Source: Eubacteriales bacterium
GTDB lineage: Bacteria > Bacillota > Clostridia > Oscillospirales > CAG-272
DNA length: 64,000 bases
NCBI GenBank assembly: GCA_045612715.1
Contig: JAZKZP010000115.1
Span: 2,498-66,497 of the forward strand
Direction of reading: 5' to 3'
Positions 8,356-19,712 of the stretch are shown here, piece by piece (within the stretch, counting starts at the first letter, position 1; each line of letters opens with the position of its first letter). The translations under genes were made by a program, and so were the position numbers. The notes beneath the pieces are model-generated. The model was given only the letters and a program-made list of their open reading frames with translations. It searched no databases and was not told the origin of the DNA.

Positions 8356-11091
8356 ATGGGACTTTTTGATAAGTTGTTTGGAACTTACAGTGAAAGAGAA
8401 TTGAAAAAAATAGATAAAATTGTTAATCAAGTTGAGGCTTTAGCAGATAAATATGCAAAAATGACTGATGCAGAACTTTCAGGAATGACGCCTATTTTCA
8501 AACAAAGACTTGCCAAAGGTGAAACACTTGATGATATTTTGCCTGATGCTTTTGCTGCGGTTAGAGAAGCTGCTGACCGTGTGCTTGGAAAGCGTCCATT
8601 CCGTGTGCAGATTATCGGTGGTATCATTCTTCATCAAGGAAGAATTGCTGAAATGAAGACTGGTGAAGGTAAAACACTTGTTGCAACAATGCCTGCATAT
8701 CTTAATGCTCTTACAGGTGAGGGCGTACATATCGTAACAGTTAACGATTATCTTGCTTGCCGTGACAGCGAAGAAATGGGCAGAGTTTATGGCTTTATGG
8801 GACTTACTACAGGTATTGTAGTTCATGGTCAGTCACCTCAACAAAAGAAAGACGCGTATAATGCCGATATTACTTATGGAACTAACAACGAATTTGGTTT
8901 CGACTATCTTCGTGATAATATGGTAGTTTACAAGCAGAATCTCGCTCAAAGGGGACACGCATTTGCTATCGTTGACGAGGTTGACTCTATTTTGATAGAT
9001 GAAGCAAGAACCCCCCTTATTATTTCGGGTGCGGGAGATCCCTCAACAGATCTTTATACTAAAGCTGATGCGGTAGTTCGTAGATTTAAAAAGCTTGTTG
9101 TTAAAGAGATCAATAACAAGGATGATAATGATGACATAGACGCGGACTATATTGTTGACGAAAAGGCAAAGAATGCTGTTCTTACAGCTGAAGGAACAAG
9201 AAAGGTTGAAAAATTCTTTGCAATTGAAAATCTAAGCGATCCTGAAAACAATGAGATAGCGCATCACATTAATCAAGCCATTCGTGCATACGGTACAATG
9301 AAACGCGACGTTGACTACGTTGTAAATGAAAATGGTGTTATGATTGTTGACGCTTTTACAGGACGTCTTATGCCCGGTAGAAGATACTCAAACGGACTTC
9401 ATCAAGCTATAGAAGCAAAAGAGGGAGTACAGATACAAAAAGAAAATCAAACACTTGCTACTATTACATTCCAAAATTACTTTAGAATGTATAAAAAGCT
9501 TTCTGGTATGACAGGTACAGCCCTTACAGAAGATGCAGAGTTTAGAGAAATATATACTCTTGACGTTGTTGAAATTCCAACAAATAAGCCAATGATAAGA
9601 GTTGACCATAATGATGTACTCTATAAAACTATTAATGGCAAATATAGAGCTATAGTTAATCAGGTTAAAGAATGTCATGCTAAAGGACAGCCCGTGCTTG
9701 TTGGTACAGTTTCTATCGACAAATCAGAGATACTTTCAAAGCTTCTTGATAGAGAGGGAATTAAGCATACTGTTCTTAACGCAAAGCTTCATGAAAAAGA
9801 AGCGGAGATTGTAGCTCAAGCAGGTAAGCTTGGCGCAGTTACTATTTCTACCAATATGGCAGGCCGTGGTACTGACATTATGCTTGGTGGTAACTCCGAA
9901 TTTATGGCAAAGAATGAAATGCGTAAACTCGGATTTACCGATGAACTTATTTCTGTTGCAACAGGAACAGCTATTGTTGATGATGAAGAAATAATGAATG
10001 CTCGCAGAACTTTTGCAGAGCTTAATAAGAAGTTTAAGAAAGAAATTGAGCCTGAAGCACAAAAGGTTAGAGAAGCAGGTGGTTTGTATATCCTTGGTTC
10101 TGAAAGACACGAATCTCGCCGTATTGATAACCAGCTTCGTGGACGTTCTGGACGTCAGGGAGACCCTGGTGAGTCTTGCTTCTTCTTATCCCTTGAAGAT
10201 GATCTTATGCGTCTTTTCGGCGGTGAAAGAATGCACCTTATTGCTAACAATCTTGGCATGAGTGATGAAGATTGTCTTGATTTTAAAGCATTTTCAGGTA
10301 TTATTGAATCTTCACAAAAGAAAGTTGAAGATCTTAACTTTAAGCGTAGAAAGAATGTCCTTGCATACGATGACGTTATGAATAAGCAAAGAGAGCTTAT
10401 CTATAAACAAAGACAGGACGTTCTTAACGGTATGGATATTTCTCAAAAAATTGCAAATATGATTGCCGAAACAGTTCAGCAAAAGGTTGCAGAATGTTAT
10501 GATGAAGATACTAAGACATTTGATCTTAAAGCATTTGAAACATACTTCATACCTCTTTTGAGAGAAAAATATCCTCTTGTTGAAATAAGGGATATTGTAT
10601 CTAAAAATAAAGTTGACACTGACAATATCACAGAGCTTCTTTGTGAAAAGGCAAATGCAGTTTACAAGGAAAAAGAAGAAATCTTTGGCGCTGACAATAT
10701 GCGTGAGATTGAACGTGCGGTTCTTCTTCGTAACGTTGATACTAAGTGGATGGATCATATTGATGCTATGGATGATCTTAAGGGTAGTGTCGGACTCCAA
10801 GGATATGCTCAAAGAGATCCTGTTAATGAATATCGTTTCCGTGGTGCAGATATGTTTGACGAGCTTGTTAACGATATCAGAGAGAACACCGCAAGAATGA
10901 TACTTTGTCTTACAAAAAAAGCCCCCGATACTCAAAGAGTACAGGTAGCCAATCCCATTATGGAATCTGCTTCAGGTGAAATTGCCAAAAAATTGATAAC
11001 TATCAAAAAAGCAGAAAAGGTTGGAAGAAATGATCCTTGTCCTTGTGGTAGCGGTAAGAAATATAAGAATTGCTGTGGTGCAAATAGATAA
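8356..11091 (+). CDS. secA: Preprotein translocase ATPase SecA
   Basis: Walker [26 protein letters not shown] and C-terminal zinc motif [14 protein letters not shown]. Start moved to ATG 8356 after GGAGG. Confidence 0.95.
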   Translation: MGLFDKLFGTYSERELKKIDKIVNQVEALADKYAKMTDAELSGMTPIFKQRLAKGETLDDILPDAFAAVREAADRVLGKRPFRVQIIGGIILHQGRIAEMKTGEGKTLVATMPAYLNALTGEGVHIVTVNDYLACRDSEEMGRVYGFMGLTTGIVVHGQSPQQKKDAYNADITYGTNNEFGFDYLRDNMVVYKQNLAQRGHAFAIVDEVDSILIDEARTPLIISGAGDPSTDLYTKADAVVRRFKKLVVKEINNKDDNDDIDADYIVDEKAKNAVLTAEGTRKVEKFFAIENLSDPENNEIAHHINQAIRAYGTMKRDVDYVVNENGVMIVDAFTGRLMPGRRYSNGLHQAIEAKEGVQIQKENQTLATITFQNYFRMYKKLSGMTGTALTEDAEFREIYTLDVVEIPTNKPMIRVDHNDVLYKTINGKYRAIVNQVKECHAKGQPVLVGTVSIDKSEILSKLLDREGIKHTVLNAKLHEKEAEIVAQAGKLGAVTISTNMAGRGTDIMLGGNSEFMAKNEMRKLGFTDELISVATGTAIVDDEEIMNARRTFAELNKKFKKEIEPEAQKVREAGGLYILGSERHESRRIDNQLRGRSGRQGDPGESCFFLSLEDDLMRLFGGERMHLIANNLGMSDEDCLDFKAFSGIIESSQKKVEDLNFKRRKNVLAYDDVMNKQRELIYKQRQDVLNGMDISQKIANMIAETVQQKVAECYDEDTKTFDLKAFETYFIPLLREKYPLVEIRDIVSKNKVDTDNITELLCEKANAVYKEKEEIFGADNMREIERAVLLRNVDTKWMDHIDAMDDLKGSVGLQGYAQRDPVNEYRFRGADMFDELVNDIRENTARMILCLTKKAPDTQRVQVANPIMESASGEIAKKLITIKKAEKVGRNDPCPCGSGKKYKNCCGANR

Positions 11092-11123
11092 AAATATCGG
11101 TGGGATTTCCCACCGATATTTTT
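11092..11123. terminator. Bidirectional terminator between secA and the convergent LRR gene
   Basis: ATATCGGTGGGA/TCCCACCGATAT stem flanked by an A-run and a T-run. Confidence 0.75.
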
Positions 11124-12294
11124 ATTTATTAATATTTCCATCAGTACAGTAAATAATGTAATTAGGTGTACCTAAATCCCATTCTTGATCTTTTTCAATA
11201 GCATGCCATTCTTCGATAGTACCATTAAAATATATCGAGGTCAAATTTTTACAATCTTGAAATACCCTCATTTCAAGTTTGGATACATTATTTCCAATGT
11301 ACAATGTCTCTAGTGATGAGCAATAAGCAAATGCCGATTTACCAATGTGTGTAATCGAATTTGGTAGATATAAGTTTTTAATGGATATGCATCTAGAGAA
11401 GGCTTTATTACCAATTGTTTTGACATTTTCACCAAAGTGTATTATTTCAAGGTTAGAGCATTGATAGAATGCATCGTCCTTTATTGTGGTTAGGGCGTCA
11501 GGCATAATAATGCTTAAAATGTTGGAATATTCAAATGCTTGTTCTCCAATAAGATGGATGCTATAATTCTCGTATATTCTTGGTATAATTATATCTATAT
11601 CAGTGCAGGTGCCCAATCCAAGAATAGCACCGTCAATTATTTCAAGATTTTGAGAGGGTTTGTTAATTTCTTCAATTCTTAATAATGTACCACAGTATTT
11701 ACAAGGGAAGTGTTTTTCATTTCCTTTTATAATCCAATTATCTTCTAAATGAGTAATGGCATCGATTAATTCTGTTTCTTTATATGTACACGTTAAACAT
11801 AAACGTTGTTTTAGTCCATTAATATCGCATTTTGCTTCATTGATAACGGACCATTCGGTTAAATTATGTCCAGTTGCAGCAATGCTTATAATATCCTTGG
11901 CTCCGCATTCACAAGTTCTTGAGTTTATACCTGTTTCAGTACAAGTAGAATCTTTTTCTAAAGACCATTTAGTCCACGAGTGAGTATGATCTTTCAAAGA
12001 TTCAACTTTAATAACGCGGTTGCATACTAAACATATTATTTTTCTGGAGTTTTCTTCGCTGTTAAAAATCCAACTGCTTTCGGTATGAGGCGATTTGTTA
12101 ATCTTTTTTTCTTGAAGCTCTCCGCAGTTGCAATATCTTCTTTCTATACCAAATTCAGAGCAAGATGAATCTTTGAATTTTTCCCATTTGCCAAATGAAT
12201 GAGTATGTCTGGTTAATAATATAGCAAATACAATGCCAAATATTAATATAGCACCGATAAATATTGATAGTATGATTATTTGTTTCTTTTTCAC
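11122..12294 (-). CDS. Membrane-anchored Cys/His-rich repeat protein with C-terminal BspA-type leucine-rich repeats
   Basis: GTG start after AGGAG. N-terminal KKK plus TM helix, then five H..W..C..C modules, then repeats of the form ..IG..AF..C..L..I.. (LRR_5-like). Has its own promoter and is flanked by terminators. Confidence 0.75.
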   Translation of the reverse strand: MKKKQIIILSIFIGAILIFGIVFAILLTRHTHSFGKWEKFKDSSCSEFGIERRYCNCGELQEKKINKSPHTESSWIFNSEENSRKIICLVCNRVIKVESLKDHTHSWTKWSLEKDSTCTETGINSRTCECGAKDIISIAATGHNLTEWSVINEAKCDINGLKQRLCLTCTYKETELIDAITHLEDNWIIKGNEKHFPCKYCGTLLRIEEINKPSQNLEIIDGAILGLGTCTDIDIIIPRIYENYSIHLIGEQAFEYSNILSIIMPDALTTIKDDAFYQCSNLEIIHFGENVKTIGNKAFSRCISIKNLYLPNSITHIGKSAFAYCSSLETLYIGNNVSKLEMRVFQDCKNLTSIYFNGTIEEWHAIEKDQEWDLGTPNYIIYCTDGNINK

Positions 12295-12325
12295 TTTAAA
12301 CTCCTAAAATAAACTTACTATCTTT

Positions 12326-12354
12326 ATAATATCATAATTTGTCGATTTTTGCAA
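12326..12354 (-). promoter_or_regulatory. SigmaA-type promoter of the LRR gene
   Basis: Minus strand TTGCAA (12354-12349), 17 nt, TATTAT (12331-12326). Confidence 0.55.
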
Positions 12355-12356
12355 TG

Positions 12357-12391
12357 AAAAAAGCAGAAAAGTTTTGCTTTTCTGCTTTTTT
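12357..12391. terminator. atp operon terminator (bidirectional form)
   Basis: Stem GCAGAAAAG/CTTTTCTGC (12363-12385) flanked by A6 and T6, 5 nt after the atpC stop. Confidence 0.8.
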
Positions 12392-12395
12392 ATAT

Positions 12396-12797
12396 TTATT
12401 TTAGTTCAGCAACATTGATTCTGGAAATTGCCCTTTGTAATTTCAAACGAGCAATTTCAATTACCTTATTGTCTTTTGAAGAAGATAGTACATTTTTGGC
12501 TCTTTCTTTAGCAGAACGAGCTCTTTCAATATCAATATTTTCAGCAAATTCAAAGGTTGTTGCTATTAATTTAACTTCACCAGATGTTACGGTAACAAAT
12601 CCACCAGAAACAGAAGCAAATCTATCTTTACCGGCTACTTTAATTCGTGCACGACCGATGCCCAAGGTGGTTATATAATCAACATGTCCCGCAAGAAATT
12701 CAATATCACCATCAACTGCATGAACAAGCAAACTTTCTACCATACCATCATAGGCAAGTCCATCTGGAGTTAATATTTCAAGATGAAATTCTTTCAT
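12396..12797 (-). CDS. atpC: F1 ATP synthase epsilon subunit
   Basis: Last gene of the atp operon. Family resemblance to epsilon subunits. ATG 12797 chosen over upstream GTG 12806. Confidence 0.88.
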   Translation of the reverse strand: MKEFHLEILTPDGLAYDGMVESLLVHAVDGDIEFLAGHVDYITTLGIGRARIKVAGKDRFASVSGGFVTVTSGEVKLIATTFEFAENIDIERARSAKERAKNVLSSSKDNKVIEIARLKLQRAISRINVAELK

Positions 12798-12811
12798 ATG
12801 AATCACCCGTA

Positions 12812-14221
<1,410 letters not shown>

Positions 14222-14240
14222 TCAAACTGTGTGCGCTAAA

Positions 14241-15077
14241 TCAAAGTGCTTCAGCGCCTGACACGATTTCTGTAATTTCTTGAGTTATAGCTGCCTGACG
14301 AGCTCTATTATAATGAAGCATCAAAGAGCCAATTATTTCTTCAGCATTTTTGTTAGCTGAATTCATTGCCATTCTTCTTGCACCTGATTCGGATGCTAAG
14401 CTTTCGCAAAGAGCTGAGTACATAACACCACCAACATACTGGGGAACGATTTGGTTAAGCATTTCTGCAGGGTTGCAGTCTGTTTTAAAATCAATTCCTT
14501 TTGATGATTCCATTTTTCTTAACGGTAAAAGGGGTTCATATACCGGTCTTTGTGTCATCATAGAAACAAATTCTGTAAACACAAGGATAACTTCACCATA
14601 CTCACCATTGGCAAAACCGTCACTAACAATTTTGCCTAAAGAGAGAATTGAACCAACACCCTGGTCAGCTGCTTCAGCGAAAGCATCAGTAAGAATACTA
14701 TAGTTTCTATGTTTAGCATACTCGACAGCTTTTTTACCGATAGGAAGCCAAATAGCTTCTTTTTCGGCACTAAGCTTTTCTGTCAACTTAAATATATTAG
14801 AATTGTATCCACCTGCAAGACCGCGGTCACCTGCAAATACGATAAAAAGCGTTTTGTTACTTGCGTTTTTATCGAACCAACAAAGTTCACTATCTGCTGA
14901 CAATGATACAATATCGTCAATGGCACTGCCTAAAACCTGATAGAATGGACGTGTACGTTCAACAGTTTCTTTTGCACGGCGAAGCTTTGACGTTGCCACA
15001 AGCTCCATAGCTTTGGTTATTTGCATAGTACCTTCAACACTTTTAATGCGGGCTTTTATGTCGTTCATTCCTGCCAT
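14241..15077 (-). CDS. atpG: F1 ATP synthase gamma subunit
   Basis: Gamma family sequence. Start moved to ATG 15077 (MAGMNDIK..) after AAAGGAAG. Confidence 0.92.
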   Translation of the reverse strand: MAGMNDIKARIKSVEGTMQITKAMELVATSKLRRAKETVERTRPFYQVLGSAIDDIVSLSADSELCWFDKNASNKTLFIVFAGDRGLAGGYNSNIFKLTEKLSAEKEAIWLPIGKKAVEYAKHRNYSILTDAFAEAADQGVGSILSLGKIVSDGFANGEYGEVILVFTEFVSMMTQRPVYEPLLPLRKMESSKGIDFKTDCNPAEMLNQIVPQYVGGVMYSALCESLASESGARRMAMNSANKNAEEIIGSLMLHYNRARQAAITQEITEIVSGAEAL

Positions 15078-15102
15078 GCTATACACTTCCTTTCATAGAT
15101 AA

Positions 15103-16611
15103 TTACTTGATAAATTTTTCCTTAACACTAAGGATAGATTCCTTGAGTTGCTCTGCAGTTTCGTTAGACAACTCACCTGTTTCTCTAATAGACGCAAGAA
15201 GATCACTCTTAACCGCTGTAAGATATTCAAACAATTCTTCTTCAAAACGATGAATATCAGCAACAGGAATTTCACGAAGCATATTATTTACTACTGCGTA
15301 AATAATTGCAACCTGAAGCTCAACTGCAATCGGGGAATTTCTGTTCTGCTTAAGAACTTCAACAATTCTTGCACCTTGTTCAAGTCTTGCTTTAGTATCA
15401 GCATCAAGATCTGAGCCGAACTGAGCAAATCCTTGAAGCTCACGATATTGAGAATAGAGAAGCTTAAGTGTACCTGAAACCTTCTTCATTGCCTTGATTT
15501 GCGCATTACCACCAACACGGGATACCGAGATACCGGGGTTAACGGCAGGTCTAACACCAGAGTGGAAAAGCTCAGATTCAAGGAAAATCTGTCCATCAGT
15601 AATGGAAATAACGTTTGTGGGAATATAGGCAGAAACGTCACCTGCCTGTGTTTCAATAATTGGAAGTGCGGTAAGAGAACCGCCACCGTATTCGGGGGCA
15701 AGTCTTGCAGCTCTTTCAAGAAGTCTTGAATGAAGATAGAAAACGTCACCGGGGTACGCTTCACGTCCCGGAGGTCTTCTAATGAGAAGGGAAAGGGCAC
15801 GATAAGCTACTGCGTGTTTAGAGAGATCATCGTAGATGATCAAAACATCACGTCCCTTATCCATAAAGTATTCACCCATAGCGCATCCTGCGTAGGGAGC
15901 GATATACTGAAGTGGGGCAGGGTCACTTGCATTAGCGGAAACAACGATAGTGTAATCCATAGCACCTGCGCGATAAAGCGTATCAACAACAGTAGTTACT
16001 GTGGATTGCTTTTGACCTATCGCAACGTAAATACAAATAACGTCTTTACCCTTTTGATTTATTATTGTATCGGTAGCAATAACAGTCTTACCTGTTTGTC
16101 TGTCACCGATAATAAGTTCTCTCTGGCCTCTGCCGATGGGAATCATAGAGTCGATTGCCTTAATACCCGTCTGCAAGGGAACAGAAACTGATTTTCTTTC
16201 AATGATGCCGTAGGCACGTCTTTCAATGGGACTGAACTCTGTGATATCAATAGGACCTTTGCCGTCAATGGGTTGACCAAGTGCGTTAACTACGCGACCA
16301 ACAAGTTTTTCGCCAACGGGAACGGAAACAACTCGTCCCGTGCGTTTAACGATACTGCCTTCCTTAATACCAACATCATTACCGAGAAGAACGCAACTAA
16401 CGAAGGTTTCTTCAAGGTTAAGTGCCATACCGTATGAGCCATTTGAAAATTCAAGCAACTCATTTGCTTTGCACTTATCAAGTCCGTGAACCTTTGAAAT
16501 ACCGTCACCAACAGATATTACATAGCCGATTTCGTCCTGTTCAGTTTTACTTTCATAGTGACGAATCTGCTCTTTTATGATTTTTGAAATATCATCTATT
16601 CTTGACTGCAT
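15103..16611 (-). CDS. atpA: F1 ATP synthase alpha subunit
   Basis: 502 aa with Walker A GDRQTGKT. Confidence 0.97.
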   Translation of the reverse strand: MQSRIDDISKIIKEQIRHYESKTEQDEIGYVISVGDGISKVHGLDKCKANELLEFSNGSYGMALNLEETFVSCVLLGNDVGIKEGSIVKRTGRVVSVPVGEKLVGRVVNALGQPIDGKGPIDITEFSPIERRAYGIIERKSVSVPLQTGIKAIDSMIPIGRGQRELIIGDRQTGKTVIATDTIINQKGKDVICIYVAIGQKQSTVTTVVDTLYRAGAMDYTIVVSANASDPAPLQYIAPYAGCAMGEYFMDKGRDVLIIYDDLSKHAVAYRALSLLIRRPPGREAYPGDVFYLHSRLLERAARLAPEYGGGSLTALPIIETQAGDVSAYIPTNVISITDGQIFLESELFHSGVRPAVNPGISVSRVGGNAQIKAMKKVSGTLKLLYSQYRELQGFAQFGSDLDADTKARLEQGARIVEVLKQNRNSPIAVELQVAIIYAVVNNMLREIPVADIHRFEEELFEYLTAVKSDLLASIRETGELSNETAEQLKESILSVKEKFIK

Positions 16612-16626
16612 TTTTTCACCAACTTT

Positions 16627-17172
16627 TTAAATTACTAAATCTTTGAGACTCTTTTCGAAGTTATCAAGCTTTGTTTTAATAGAGCCATCAATTTGTATTC
16701 CAAGATAACGGAGTTTCATACCACCAAGGATCGAGGAATCAATAGTGTTTGTAACTATAATTTGTTTTTTAGTTACTTTTTCAAGCTTAGATTTTAGTTT
16801 TTCTAACTGTTCTATGCTTAAAGGAATTGCTGAGATTGCTTCTACGCGTTCAATACCATAGTGCTCGTCATAATCTGCAAGATATGCTTCATTGATTTTG
16901 AAAATTAAATGAATAAATCTTCGTTCAGCAAGAAGCTTCACCATATTAACAAGATTTTTATTTAATCCGTTAAATGCTGAGTCAACGAGTTTAACTCTTT
17001 CTTCGCGAGAAAGAGAAGGGGTATCAAGAAGCTTAAGATAGTCGGTGTTTTGCTCAAATGCTTTGCAAAGAACTTCAAAATCGTTTTTTACGATATCAAT
17101 TTCATCAAGCTCTTTTGCAAGCATAAATAAAGCATCACCGTAATTTTTTGCATTGTTGTCAATATATGCCAT
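16627..17172 (-). CDS. atpH: F1 ATP synthase delta (OSCP) subunit
   Basis: Operon position and delta-like sequence. ATG 17172 lies 1 nt after the atpF TAA. Confidence 0.85.
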   Translation of the reverse strand: MAYIDNNAKNYGDALFMLAKELDEIDIVKNDFEVLCKAFEQNTDYLKLLDTPSLSREERVKLVDSAFNGLNKNLVNMVKLLAERRFIHLIFKINEAYLADYDEHYGIERVEAISAIPLSIEQLEKLKSKLEKVTKKQIIVTNTIDSSILGGMKLRYLGIQIDGSIKTKLDNFEKSLKDLVI

Positions 17173-17173
17173 A

Positions 17174-17686
17174 TTATTCACCAACACTGTCAATAAAGGA
17201 ATCTATGAATTCGGAGTGTTCTTTTTCTGAAACCTCGCGACCGATAACAGCACCGGCAATTTCGATAGCCATACCTGAAACCTCATCCTTTACTTCGCTG
17301 AGAGCACGCTTCTTTTCAAGGTCAATTTGCTCTTGAGCGCGATCATAAATTCTTGCCGCTTCATCTTGAGCATCACGAATAATTTCTTCCTCTTTGAGTT
17401 GAGCGCGACGAAGAGCTGTGCGAAGTAATTCTTCGCTTTCTTCGGTGGCCTTATTCAACTTTTCTTCATAAGAAATCTTCATTTCATTTGCTTGTTTTTC
17501 TGCGTTTTCAGCATTTTCATACATATCGTCAACTTCTTTTTGCCTTGAATCAATCATATTCTTCATTGGCTTGAAAAGTATCTTTTTTAAGAACAAATAT
17601 AGAACAAGTAGGTTACACCATGCAAAGATCATTGTCCAAACGTTAACACCGACAAATGATTCAAAAGCATCAATTACTACACTCAT
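17174..17686 (-). CDS. atpF: Fo ATP synthase b subunit
   Basis: One N-terminal TM helix followed by a long charged helix. Operon position. Confidence 0.88.
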   Translation of the reverse strand: MSVVIDAFESFVGVNVWTMIFAWCNLLVLYLFLKKILFKPMKNMIDSRQKEVDDMYENAENAEKQANEMKISYEEKLNKATEESEELLRTALRRAQLKEEEIIRDAQDEAARIYDRAQEQIDLEKKRALSEVKDEVSGMAIEIAGAVIGREVSEKEHSEFIDSFIDSVGE

Positions 17687-17713
17687 TATGTTCTCCTTAA
17701 TTTTAACAAATAA

Positions 17714-17950
17714 TTAGTTTACACCAACGAAAATGAGAAGAAGGGCAACTACGAGAGAGTAGATACCTGTTGTTTCGGTAACTGCACAACCAAGAATCAT
17801 TGTTGTACGAAGGTCACCTGAGATTTCGGGTTGACGAGCCATAGATTCAAGTGTCTTGCATACTGCGAGACCTTCACCGATAGCGGGACCGATAGAACCG
17901 ATACCCATACAAATTGCTGCACCAAGTGCTCTTGCTGCTAAAACATCCAT
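17714..17950 (-). CDS. atpE: Fo ATP synthase c subunit
   Basis: 78-aa helical hairpin with ARQPE loop and ion-binding Glu in ..AVTETTGIY.. Confidence 0.95.
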   Translation of the reverse strand: MDVLAARALGAAICMGIGSIGPAIGEGLAVCKTLESMARQPEISGDLRTTMILGCAVTETTGIYSLVVALLLIFVGVN

Positions 17951-17992
17951 TTTTAAATTCTCCTTTTTAAATAAAATTTTTTTGAACTTGTG

Positions 17993-18802
17993 TTATTTAT
18001 TTGCATTGTCTTCTTCTGCGGGTGGAGGACATGCTCCAGCGACATACACCATTGTCAACAAGCAAAATACAAATGCTTGAACGAATGATGAGAAAAAGTC
18101 AAAATACAACGAAAGAAATGCGGGAATGCCGACCTGAAGTAAGGGCGGTACTATTGATGCGATCTGCGCAGGCAACCAACTGAAAATTGCTTGTGTTGCC
18201 ACAGCAAGCGCAGCATAAATTAGAGTTGTGAGTACTCCACCACCTGCAACGTTACCAAAATGACGGAATGCCATTGCTATTGGCTGTGCTACTTCTCCAA
18301 TAAGATTCATAGGCGTCATTACTACAATTGGTTCAGTGAAGCCTTTAAGCCAACCAATAAATCCGTTGGCTTTGATGTTGTGATACCAAACCATAACAGA
18401 TGTAACAAGAGCATAGGCCAATGTGACGGAAAAGTCAGCAGTTGTAGAACGAAAGATGAAGGTTGTTCCAATTAAGCTTCCAATCATACAGGAAAGGAAC
18501 AAAGTGCCTATGTATGGAGCAAATTTTAAGTTGTGCTTGCCCATAGTATCTTCAACAAGATCATATAGCATGTTGAGTACTTTTTCAACCAAAACCTGAA
18601 CAGCGCCGGGGCGTTTTTCAATCTTTCTTGTAACAGCATAAGCGATTATCATAAGCATAATTGTTACAACGAAAAGTGAAACGGTCGTTTGTGTTATGAA
18701 ATTACCGAAGTTGCCGAAAATGTCAACTATAGTTCCTGCGAACTGTTCATAAAGCTTATCAATTCTGACAAACACCTTCGGACCTGTAATTGATATTTCC
18801 AA
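17993..18802 (-). CDS. atpB: Fo ATP synthase a subunit
   Basis: Polytopic membrane protein with the essential Arg in ..AFRHFGNVAGG.. TTG start 7 nt after GAGGTG. Confidence 0.9.
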   Translation of the reverse strand: MEISITGPKVFVRIDKLYEQFAGTIVDIFGNFGNFITQTTVSLFVVTIMLMIIAYAVTRKIEKRPGAVQVLVEKVLNMLYDLVEDTMGKHNLKFAPYIGTLFLSCMIGSLIGTTFIFRSTTADFSVTLAYALVTSVMVWYHNIKANGFIGWLKGFTEPIVVMTPMNLIGEVAQPIAMAFRHFGNVAGGGVLTTLIYAALAVATQAIFSWLPAQIASIVPPLLQVGIPAFLSLYFDFFSSFVQAFVFCLLTMVYVAGACPPPAEEDNANK

Positions 18803-18804
18803 AT

Positions 18805-19257
18805 CTATTCACCTCTCTTGCTTTTTATAAATTGTGTTGCATAAAGAAGGGGCTTGTACATAGCAAGTGGAATTAACGTAGCTATGGGATTAAAGAGTTT
18901 TGTGATAAATGCTATGACAAGTGAGCCGATCATAAGTCCCGTTCTTAAAACGTAAGACTTGGTTACTGCATTTTGAACTTTTAATGAATTTTCTTTGGCG
19001 AATTTTTCTGCTTCTTCATCGGTCATTTTCTTATCCCCACGCAAAGCAATAAATTTATTAATTGCTTTATTAACAGAATACGAAAGAATGATGAAGTTAA
19101 CTATGGTGACTATTGAACCAAGAATGACACCGCTGATAACCGTCCAATCAAAATATCCGATTGCGATAGATATCAGAATTGTGAGCAATGAAACAATAGC
19201 CTCGCCAATTGCCAAATAAATGACCTCTATATGAGAATGATTTTTATTGCTTTCCAT
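18805..19257 (-). CDS. atpI: ATP synthase protein I (AtpI-like)
   Basis: Small hydrophobic protein immediately upstream of atpB. ATG 19257 after GGAG is preferred over TTG 19290. Confidence 0.6.
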   Translation of the reverse strand: MESNKNHSHIEVIYLAIGEAIVSLLTILISIAIGYFDWTVISGVILGSIVTIVNFIILSYSVNKAINKFIALRGDKKMTDEEAEKFAKENSLKVQNAVTKSYVLRTGLMIGSLVIAFITKLFNPIATLIPLAMYKPLLYATQFIKSKRGE

Positions 19258-19513
19258 TTTGTCTCCGTTTTTCTTTGCGAGCTTTTTCAAGACTATCTAA
19301 TGCTCTCATTGCCGAAAGAATGAATTTTATCATTGATATCAATCCTGAAATGACCGCAATTATAATAATTATCGCATATATCCAAGCAGGCAATCCACAT
19401 TTCTCGACTAAAAGCCAAGATAAAAGCAACCCTAATCCAATATGAAACAGGAGAGTAAAAATTGATTGAAAAACTATATTTGCAATATAAAATGCACTAT
19501 AAGCTCCTTTCAT
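19244..19513 (-). CDS. AtpZ/AtpI family small membrane protein (first gene of atp operon)
   Basis: 89 aa with two TM helices and a basic tail. First position in the atp operon, overlapping atpI by 14 nt. Confidence 0.55.
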   Translation of the reverse strand: MKGAYSAFYIANIVFQSIFTLLFHIGLGLLLSWLLVEKCGLPAWIYAIIIIIAVISGLISMIKFILSAMRALDSLEKARKEKRRQNGKQ

Positions 19514-19565
19514 TTTTATCCCTCAAACTTTCATATTAATATATATACGTTATACAAACACAGTA

Positions 19566-19595
19566 ATTATAACACAATTATTATATAAAAATCAA
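19566..19595 (-). promoter_or_regulatory. Candidate promoter of the atp operon
   Basis: Minus strand TTGATT, 18 nt, TATAAT, about 55 nt upstream of the atpZ-like start. Confidence 0.45.
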
Positions 19596-19680
19596 TAGCA
19601 AATGTGAACATAATTCATTAGCAGTGTTATTTTTGTCAAAAGTGCATAGTATTTGATATTGCTTTTTGTCTATAAAAACA

Positions 19681-19712
19681 ATAAAAAAGGAACTGTTTTA
19701 AAACAATTCCTT
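19681..19712 (-). terminator. Terminator of the M14 peptidase gene
   Basis: Minus-strand hairpin AAGGAATTGTT-TTAA-AACAGTTCCTT followed by TTTTTAT. Starts at the stop codon. Confidence 0.7.

Noticed and set aside
10312-10935. 207-aa ORF antisense to secA. Similar long antisense ORFs lie at 6670-7143 (in mnmA), 12647-13177 (in atpC/atpD), 15730-16191 (in atpA), 47375-47863 (in rel) and 9736-10110.
   Set aside because: All lie opposite strongly conserved genes and have no RBS. Their F/I/K/N/C-rich composition is typical of shadow frames in A+T-rich DNA. They are treated as non-coding.
11122-12294. Visibly lower G+C of the LRR gene (rough hand counts of 25-30 percent against 43-50 percent in secA and atpD) as evidence of horizontal acquisition.
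   Set aside because: Other clearly chromosomal genes here, such as dac at 27158-28444 and yabQ, are equally A+T-rich in hand counts. The contrast mainly reflects highly expressed neighbours, so it is not diagnostic without a proper compositional analysis.
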